Shown one piece after another: positions 1 through 6,731 of a DNA stretch of 42,650 nt. Below the pieces are notes generated by a model. That model ran no database searches. It was not told the origin of the DNA and was given only the letters and a program-made list of their open reading frames with translations. Each line of letters begins with the position of its first letter. Position 1 is the first letter of the stretch. The stretch is taken from positions 1 to 42,650 of the forward strand of contig JBBRPR010000068.1 of NCBI GenBank assembly GCA_038227875.1. Reading direction: 5' to 3'. Source of the DNA: Planctomycetota bacterium. Its GTDB lineage: Bacteria > Planctomycetota > SZUA-567 > H5-PLA8. The position numbers were made by a program, and so were the translations under genes.

Positions 1-2
1 AA

Positions 3-512
3 ACGTGTCTCCCGCTGCCTGCGGCCCCATCCTGCCAACCTCTTCCACTATCTCGTCACTTTCCATTTTCATCGCTCCCATACCTTTCTTCATCGGCACG
101 GGACGCTCTTCAATTTTCAACAATCAGTGGGACGCTTCCGAGTCTTCTTGTCGTAGAAGATGAAACGGACGCTCGTGACCTTATCGCTTTTGCATTGCGG
201 CAAGCCGGTGCGCAAGTAAAGGCGACAGCATCAGTTCAAGAGGCACTCGAAAGCTTTTGCGAAAAAAAGCCCGACGCGATTGTCTCAGACCTTGGGATGC
301 CCGTTGAAGATGGTTTTGTTCTCATTCGGAAGGTTCGAGAACTTGAAGCCAAAAATGGAACGCGCACGCCCGCTATTGCATTGACCGCTTATGCGCAAGA
401 CGTTGACCGCGTTCGATGTTTGGCATCCGGCTTCAACATGCACATTCCAAAACCAATTGACCCCAATGCACTTGTCTTGGCAGTGTCGAACCTTCTGGAA
501 CTGCCTTTGTGA
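3..512 (+). CDS. C-terminal part of a hybrid sensor kinase / response-regulator receiver domain (5'-truncated by the window)
   Basis: Frame is open from position 3. Receiver motifs LLVVEDE, IVSDLGMP (phospho-Asp), IALTA and HIPKP. Confidence 0.85.
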   Translation, partial: TCLPLPAAPSCQPLPLSRHFPFSSLPYLSSSARDALQFSTISGTLPSLLVVEDETDARDLIAFALRQAGAQVKATASVQEALESFCEKKPDAIVSDLGMPVEDGFVLIRKVRELEAKNGTRTPAIALTAYAQDVDRVRCLASGFNMHIPKPIDPNALVLAVSNLLELPL

Positions 513-537
513 ATACTCAGAAAGTTGCTGTCTACCC

Positions 538-1473
538 CTACGTTTTCGGCACCTTCACTTTCGCAAATGCTTCGTTAACTCCGCGCCGCACTCGATTCAA
601 ATATTTTTGTGTCGTGCCCAACCCGCTGTGACCGAGCGCCAGCCGAATCGCTTCAACCGATGCTCCCTGTGAGTCCGCTTCACAGGCAAAGTAATGCCGC
701 AGCGAATGGGGACTGCATCCTTCGGCCAAACCCGCTTTTTTCGCCAGTTTCTTGAATCGCTCGTAAGTGCTGGAAACGCTCAAGCGCCGGTCAGTAGCCA
801 TCGCATTGATGGGCTTTGCGCGAGCCATTGCGATAAACAGCGGCGCGGTTTCATTCAATTCATCCGTGCGCCGTGAAAGATAGCTCAGCACCACAGCCCA
901 TACATCCGGCGAAACGTGGACTTCGCGCTCTTTCTGCCCCTTTCCCGTCACATGAAGCGCCTTCCAATCCTTTTCGTCCGCCTCACGCACGTCGCCCACC
1001 GAAAGCCCACAGATTTCCGAAATGCGTAATCCTGTAGCGGCCATCAGCAAGAACATCGCCCGGTCCCGCAACTGAGCCATTGAATGCCCGCCAGCCTTCT
1101 CAAAGAGCGCCTTAATCCCTTCCGGCGTCAGACCACGGGGTTTTCCGGCTGGCGGGACTGGCGGCACGTCCACAAATTGCAGCGGGTCTTCTTTGAGTTC
1201 CCGCTCCCGGACAAGGAAGTTGAAAAAAGCCTTAACGATGACAACCTTACGATGGATGGTCGCGGGCTTGAGATTTTGGCGGCGACATGATTCAATGTAC
1301 CCGCGCAAATCGCTCGCAGTGACGTTGTGCGTGGGTTTATTGACCCATTGCAGGAAGATTCGCAACTCGCTGGAATAGACCCGCTGAGTGCCCGCAGGAC
1401 GCCCAAGAATGAACGATGCAACCAGCGCGTCATCGTTGCGGGTCTTCTGGATAATGCGGAGTGCGGCGCTCAT
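538..1473 (-). CDS. XerC/XerD-like tyrosine recombinase
   Basis: N-terminal SAM-like core-binding region. Full catalytic set: TGLRISE (R), GKGQKER (K), HSLRH, LGH, TTQKY (Y). Confidence 0.95.
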   Translation of the reverse strand: MSAALRIIQKTRNDDALVASFILGRPAGTQRVYSSELRIFLQWVNKPTHNVTASDLRGYIESCRRQNLKPATIHRKVVIVKAFFNFLVRERELKEDPLQFVDVPPVPPAGKPRGLTPEGIKALFEKAGGHSMAQLRDRAMFLLMAATGLRISEICGLSVGDVREADEKDWKALHVTGKGQKEREVHVSPDVWAVVLSYLSRRTDELNETAPLFIAMARAKPINAMATDRRLSVSSTYERFKKLAKKAGLAEGCSPHSLRHYFACEADSQGASVEAIRLALGHSGLGTTQKYLNRVRRGVNEAFAKVKVPKT

Positions 1474-2513
1474 GACAGTGTTCTCCCGGAAACCTTCAAT
1501 CCGTGGTGATTCCGCAAATGTTCAATTCCGTTGCGCGTCAAGACTCGCCCGCGCCCGGTTTTCACAATCAAGCCACGGTGCATCAAGAATGGCTCGACAG
1601 TTTCTTCAAGCGCCCTTTGGTCTTCGCCCACCAGCGATGCCAGCGTGTTCAAACCGACCGGCTGGCCAAGATTGTTGGAAAGCAGTTTCAGCACTTCAAC
1701 ATCGAGCCGCGCCAGTCCGATTGGGTCGATGCACAAAGATTCGAATGCGGCCTCACAAATGGCTGTGCTCACCGTGGTCTTGTTCTTGCCGATGGAGATG
1801 TCACGCACTTGCTCACACAGCGCCACAATTTTGCGCGGCACTCCACGGCCACGCGATGCAATGAGCGCTGCCTGTTTGTTCCCGCACTTGAGGCTGAACT
1901 TTTCGAGAACTTGCCGAGCAATCTTCGCGGAGTCATTTTGGTCGTATGGTTCCAGCCGGAGATTCAGTCGCAGCCGGTCCCGAAGCGATGTCGTCAAATC
2001 GCCCGGACGGTTGCTGGCCATCACAAGCGTAAAGCAGGGAACCCATTCGCGTGTAGGAGTCATCATGCCGGTGATTGGGTTGCGGATGATGGATTCAAGC
2101 ACCCGGTCTTCAACCGCGCCGTACAGCAATTCTTGGCTATGGCGCGGGAGCCGGTGCGCTTCATCGACCAGTAGCACCGTGGGCTTTGTGGCACCGACTA
2201 CGTTCCCCTTGCCATCGTACCCGTGGTCATCCAGTTTCGAGAGAAGCCCTTTAACATCGGAAGAATTATCCAGCGCTTCTGCCGTCGTAGACACAAAACC
2301 AATGCCCATTTCAATAGCAATGAGCCGAGCGAGCGATGTCTTGCCGAGTCCAGCAGCGCCCGTAAGCAATGTATGTGGGAATGGCGCGTTGCGTTTATGG
2401 GATGCAGCCGCCGTAGTCCGAATCAATTCCTTCAAATGATTTTGGCCGACGAATTCCGATAGTGTTTCCGGTCGGATGCCATTCAGGGTTTCGTTTGAAT
2501 CGAGCGTGCTCAT
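1470..2513 (-). CDS. ruvB: Divergent RuvB-like Holliday-junction branch-migration AAA+ ATPase
   Basis: IRP..L.EFVGQ, Walker A GAAGLGKT, Walker B LLVDEAHRL, SLRDR, RGVPR and a C-terminal winged helix (PVGLNTLA...VEPFL...TGRGR). Its stop overlaps the recombinase ATG (ATGA). Confidence 0.9.
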   Translation of the reverse strand: MSTLDSNETLNGIRPETLSEFVGQNHLKELIRTTAAASHKRNAPFPHTLLTGAAGLGKTSLARLIAIEMGIGFVSTTAEALDNSSDVKGLLSKLDDHGYDGKGNVVGATKPTVLLVDEAHRLPRHSQELLYGAVEDRVLESIIRNPITGMMTPTREWVPCFTLVMASNRPGDLTTSLRDRLRLNLRLEPYDQNDSAKIARQVLEKFSLKCGNKQAALIASRGRGVPRKIVALCEQVRDISIGKNKTTVSTAICEAAFESLCIDPIGLARLDVEVLKLLSNNLGQPVGLNTLASLVGEDQRALEETVEPFLMHRGLIVKTGRGRVLTRNGIEHLRNHHGLKVSGRTLS

Positions 2514-2674
2514 TTCAAAAGCCTTTCATTAAAAAGTCACACTTTTAACAACGTTTGAGGTCGGTGATTTGCCAAATAATTTCGAGAAATATCGAAGCGA
2601 AAATAAATTGCTGAATTGTTTGGAATCCGGCGCACTTGCCGCGTTAATTAAAATGTACATTCAGGAGAGAGAGC

Positions 2675-3265
2675 GTGGATACCAATGGAAAAATACAGGA
2701 ATCCGTACTGGATGACTGGCTCCGACAAGGTAAGGAGTTGGTCATGTCCACAATGAAGAGGCTTCGAATCCAGCGTGACCTATGCCCACTCATGTCGAGT
2801 GATTCAGACCGCGCCAAGTTGCTCCCCAAGTTTGCGGAATTGAACACCGACATTGACCGGCGCTGCGAAGCAATGCGCAAACTGGAAAATGAACATTTCG
2901 GCTGCTCCGCCATATTGGGGCGGGAAGCTGAACGGAACTCGGTATATGTTGCCTGTGTGCTGTTGGCGTTCGCTCGCTTGAATGACTCGCTGGACAGTGA
3001 ATGCCATCTGATTTCGAACATCATGCAGATGGTCGGCACGGACCCATGTGATGCGCTCGTGGTAAGAGACGCATTCAGAACCCAAGGCGCGCTCTATGAA
3101 CACGTGGAAATTTCGGACGCTTCGGCGATTGACCATGCACACGCGCAGATTTCGGAGGTGGCGCTCAATAAAGTGCTCGGACGTGATTCCACGCCGTATG
3201 AGGAGTACCTGCACGTGAAGAACATCATGGAAGTGGTTTCGGAGAGGACAAAGACGCGGCGATGA
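2675..3265 (+). CDS. Hypothetical protein
   Basis: 196-aa ORF with AGGAG upstream of a GTG start; no recognised motif. Confidence 0.65.
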   Translation: MDTNGKIQESVLDDWLRQGKELVMSTMKRLRIQRDLCPLMSSDSDRAKLLPKFAELNTDIDRRCEAMRKLENEHFGCSAILGREAERNSVYVACVLLAFARLNDSLDSECHLISNIMQMVGTDPCDALVVRDAFRTQGALYEHVEISDASAIDHAHAQISEVALNKVLGRDSTPYEEYLHVKNIMEVVSERTKTRR

Positions 3266-3489
3266 AGTGACTTGCGACGGTCGCCACAGGATACGACGAC
3301 AATCCCCCTTTTTGCAAATGACCAAGTCATAAAAGCTGAACGTGTGTTCGTGAATTATTTTTTGGAAATGGTATTTGGTTTTGCGGGTTCAAGGAATTCA
3401 ATGTCGTATTAAATTTTGAATACGATGGGAGATTTCACGTTTGGCTGTTCGGTAAATCTCGGATTTCGAGTTTTTTAAAAGGGTATTTT

Positions 3490-3789
3490 TCACGATAACC
3501 TGCGCAGTTTTTTGAGAGGCGTGGGCTGGAAATTATGGTCACGCTCTATCGGCAGACCGCACACCACGGTTTCTTCCAGTTCCTCAAGGGAGAAATATCC
3601 AAGCTCTTCTTCTTGGCATTGAACCAGCCCGAAAAATATTTTTGTTGTCGGATTATACTCCGTGGCGTAGGCAGTGTAATTCGAGAGCGGATGGAAATAC
3701 TTCACGTAAGCGATTGCTTCGTCGCCTTTACCGTCCTGCGAATACAACGGCGGTAAGCGCTCTTGGTCAGCTTTGGTTAGCAGGTTCAT
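3490..3789 (-). CDS. DUF2958-family protein (mobile-element associated)
   Basis: LPPLYSQD...VKYFHP...ATEY...FFGLV...ELGYFSLEELE...LPIERD pattern; GGAGA RBS. Confidence 0.85.
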   Translation of the reverse strand: MNLLTKADQERLPPLYSQDGKGDEAIAYVKYFHPLSNYTAYATEYNPTTKIFFGLVQCQEEELGYFSLEELEETVVCGLPIERDHNFQPTPLKKLRRLS

Positions 3790-3940
3790 GGTATCAGTCT
3801 CCGTTGGTCCAAAATAATTAACGCAGAGCTACTCCTGCTTTCTAAGAAATTCCCGTATAAAATTCAGGCGACTCGGACTGTCGAGTTCCTTCCGTGACGT
3901 GCCCGTTGTTTTACTTAGTGCGCGTGATATAATCGGATTC

Positions 3941-4576
3941 ATGGCTGACCCTGATACCGCACATTTAATCAGCGACTACAACATCCAACTCTGGATGATG
4001 ATTTCAAATTGCGTAATGGCACTAGCAACCGTTGTACTTGGTATCTTTTCCATATTATTTGTGCGCAAGCAGAATGCGATTCTCGGCAACCAAACAGCGA
4101 CCATGAGCAAGCAAAATGAAATTATTGCAAATCAGGTCGATGTTGAAAGCAACACTTTAAAACTTGAGTTATATGATAAGCGTTTCGATGTGTTCGCGTC
4201 GGTAATGGACATGCTTGTAAACTTGCCTTTAGTCGAAGACGACAATGTTGATGACAAAATTTTTAATCAGTTTGAGGCGAGTGTCCTACACGGACAGCTA
4301 ATGCTTTCTAAGGATGTGTGGGAATACGTGCTCCAAGTTCAATTCAAGGTCAAGGAGTATGTAGACCTGTATTGTGCATACACGCAAATTGGCTGTACTG
4401 GTACACCAATGGGAATAAGACAGGGTAGACGCTTGAAAGGCGAAGGGGAGACTGCAAAACACAAAGAGTTAGTAGAATGGTTTAGAAGTCAGCCGAAAAT
4501 TGCACTTGAAAAATTTAGGAAGGACTTAGACCTAACGAATATTATGGATGCTTCAACACGTGGCGTCAAGATTTGA
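3941..4576 (+). CDS. Hypothetical protein with N-terminal TM helix followed by a coiled-coil-like segment
   Basis: Hydrophobic stretch ISNCVMALATVVLGIFSILFV, then a Q/N-rich heptad region and KLELYDKRF; AT-rich coding. Start at ATG 3941 is a guess. Confidence 0.7.
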   Translation: MADPDTAHLISDYNIQLWMMISNCVMALATVVLGIFSILFVRKQNAILGNQTATMSKQNEIIANQVDVESNTLKLELYDKRFDVFASVMDMLVNLPLVEDDNVDDKIFNQFEASVLHGQLMLSKDVWEYVLQVQFKVKEYVDLYCAYTQIGCTGTPMGIRQGRRLKGEGETAKHKELVEWFRSQPKIALEKFRKDLDLTNIMDASTRGVKI

Positions 4577-4652
4577 AGATAAATCGCAAATCGAGCACTT
4601 TCCCACTTCATGCTTACTCATACGCGCCAGAATCACCAGCATGAATAGCGGT

Positions 4653-5930
4653 TTAACCAGCGTGAACTACCGGCAATTCAGACCACCGCGTAGTGAACCG
4701 GGGTGACCTGCACAGGAACTTGGTCTTCCAAGTTTGTCGAAACCCCGTCGCAGCATAATGAATAGTTCCGGCTCCCATGTTCGCGTTAAGACTGTCCATC
4801 GCTGCCGATAATTTACCATCCCGTTCCCGGTTTCGTTCGTCAAAAAGATTGGCTTGGGCGCGGTTCGCCGGTACAAGCTCGTTCAGCAACACTCCCGCCT
4901 TTGAATATCGGTAGCCCTCACGAAAAATTGTATCCAGCCCTTGCAAAGCGTATCGAATCAACTCGCTCGTGTCAGCGGTCTGCACAGGAAGCACAATATT
5001 TACCGCGTTGCTGTACTGCGGTTCATCCTTCCTGAAATGGTTGGTGTGGACGAAGACGGTCAAGTAGCTTGCCGCCAAGCCGGAACGCCGCGCTTTTTCC
5101 GCTGCGCGACTGCAATACGATGCCACAGCTTCTTGCATTTCGGCCAGCGTTTCAATGGGGCGGGAGAATCCACGCGATACACAGATGTTCTTTTTGTGCG
5201 GTGGATGCAGGTCCAACGAGATACAGGGCGTGCCGCGAAGCTCAAGGACCGTGCGCACTACCACGATGCCGAAACGCGCTTTGAGCCAGCGTACATCCGC
5301 GCCACGTAGGTCCAGCGCAGTGAGGATTCCGCGAGCCTTGAGGACGCGGCTTATCCCCGGCCCGATGCCCCACACGTCTTCCACGGCAATCCGGGAGAGA
5401 AGCGAATCCCGCTCTGAATCTGGCAGCACCGTAAGGTCCAGCACGCCATTGGTTGAGAACTTCTTGGCGGCGCGATTGGCGAGCTTTGCGAGTGTCTTCG
5501 TTCCCGCGATGCCAACAGATACGGGAATTCCGGTGCATCTTTTCACTGTGGCCCGGACGTGCTTGGCATAATCGGTCAAATTGCGTTCGCCAAGGTCCGC
5601 CAAATTCAAAAAAGCTTCGTCGATGCTGTAGACTTCCATTTCCGGCGCGCATTGCCGAAGCGTCTCCATGACCCGCCGCGACATATCTCCATACAGTGCG
5701 TAGTTCGAAGAGTACATCTGGACGCCGTGGGTCTTTATCACGTCCTTTATTTCAAAGACGGGGACGCCCATTGCGATTCCAAGGGCTTTGGCTTCCGGGG
5801 AACGTGAAACAACGCAGCCGTCGTTATTTGACATGACGATAACCGGCTTGCCTTCGAGCTTCGGGTTGAATACCCGCTCACAGGAGACGTAGAAATTATT
5901 GCAATCCACCAGAGCGTAAGTCGGTGACAT
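4653..5930 (-). CDS. umuC: Y-family DNA polymerase V catalytic subunit
   Basis: [37 protein letters not shown] and C-terminal [12 protein letters not shown]. Confidence 0.96.
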   Translation of the reverse strand: MSPTYALVDCNNFYVSCERVFNPKLEGKPVIVMSNNDGCVVSRSPEAKALGIAMGVPVFEIKDVIKTHGVQMYSSNYALYGDMSRRVMETLRQCAPEMEVYSIDEAFLNLADLGERNLTDYAKHVRATVKRCTGIPVSVGIAGTKTLAKLANRAAKKFSTNGVLDLTVLPDSERDSLLSRIAVEDVWGIGPGISRVLKARGILTALDLRGADVRWLKARFGIVVVRTVLELRGTPCISLDLHPPHKKNICVSRGFSRPIETLAEMQEAVASYCSRAAEKARRSGLAASYLTVFVHTNHFRKDEPQYSNAVNIVLPVQTADTSELIRYALQGLDTIFREGYRYSKAGVLLNELVPANRAQANLFDERNRERDGKLSAAMDSLNANMGAGTIHYAATGFRQTWKTKFLCRSPRFTTRWSELPVVHAG

Positions 5931-5935
5931 GGTTT

Positions 5936-6364
5936 TCAGACCGGATGAATGACGTTTGTGACAACGCCCCAAATCGCGACATCGGTTTCGTCATAAATAT
6001 TCAAGGGCGCGTAATCAGGGTTATCGGATTCCAGCGAAACAACGTTCCCGCGCTTGTGGAGCCGCTTCACGGCCAGTTCGCCGTCAATGACCGCGACGAC
6101 GACGCTTCCATGAACAGCTTCCTTGGCGCGGTCTACGACCAGCAAGTCGCCGGAATGAATATGTCCTATCATCGAGTCGCCGGAAGCCCGCACGAAGAAT
6201 GTTGCGGCGGGATGTTTGATAAGATGTTCGTTCAAGTCCAGCGAGCGTTCAATGTAATCGTCGGCGGGCGAAGGGAAGCCAGCGGGAATTGGAGCCGCAA
6301 ACAGGGGACGCCAACAGCGGCTTGCAGTCTTGGCCGGATGGATGCTCTCCGTGTGTGTTGGCAT
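5936..6364 (-). CDS. umuD: DNA polymerase V accessory subunit (S24 autopeptidase)
   Basis: AGFPSPA cleavage site, GDSM catalytic Ser, VKRL catalytic Lys; directly upstream of umuC. Confidence 0.95.
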   Translation of the reverse strand: MPTHTESIHPAKTASRCWRPLFAAPIPAGFPSPADDYIERSLDLNEHLIKHPAATFFVRASGDSMIGHIHSGDLLVVDRAKEAVHGSVVVAVIDGELAVKRLHKRGNVVSLESDNPDYAPLNIYDETDVAIWGVVTNVIHPV

Positions 6365-6570
6365 GTTTTTCCCCCGGACGCCCCAACTACCAATTAGATG
6401 TTTATTAGGGCGCAGGAAGTAGGTCAAGTCAGCTAATAAAACATTGTCCGTTCAACGCGCTGAGCAGTGCTCTTTTAGAGCATAGGTCTTCCAGATGAGG
6501 CGGACGAAAACCCATTTTAATGTGTAACATTTGTGTAACGTATGAAAAATGTTCATAGGTGCGAAAGTGT

Positions 6571-6607
6571 TTACGAAAGCATTGCTCTACCGCTGAGCTA
6601 AGATGGC
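6571..6607 (-). tRNA. 5' half of tRNA-Thr(CGT), truncated after the anticodon loop (att junction)
   Basis: Minus strand reads GCCATCT TA GCTC AGCGGTA GAGC A ATGCT TT-CGT-AA. The expected AGCAT stem strand, T-arm and AGATGGC do not follow. Confidence 0.88.
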
Positions 6608-6642
6608 GAGGAGGAAACTCCGTGCGGGATGCTTCGTCGAAG

Positions 6643-6670
6643 ATTATGCAGAAACCGATTCCACTTTCAA
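6643..6670 (-). promoter_or_regulatory. Sigma70-like promoter of the tRNA-Thr
   Basis: TTGAAA-16 bp-CATAAT on the minus strand, ~35 nt upstream of tRNA G1. Confidence 0.6.
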
Positions 6671-6731
6671 GCGCGTTGCACAAACTCTCTACTTTCTCGC
6701 TGTAATTTTTTTTCGACGCTGTTCTCTCCCT

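Larger units (their letters stand above)
1..6570. mobile_element. Integrated element / genomic island (one end only; the other lies left of the window)
   Basis: Tyrosine recombinase, umuDC, DUF2958 and AT-rich orphans, ending exactly at a tRNA-Thr broken at its anticodon loop. The left extent is uncertain. Confidence 0.75.

Noticed and set aside
6365..6430. SOS/LexA box upstream of umuD
   Set aside because: No CTGT-N8-ACAG or GAAC-N4-GTTC match; only weak imperfect symmetry.
6430..6570. Group I intron interrupting the tRNA anticodon loop
   Set aside because: No recognisable group I core elements and no 3' exon in the window; the sequence runs into umuD.
6429..6683. 84-aa ORF containing RHLSSAVEQCFRK
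   Set aside because: It is a translation of the tRNA half and att region, not a credible protein.
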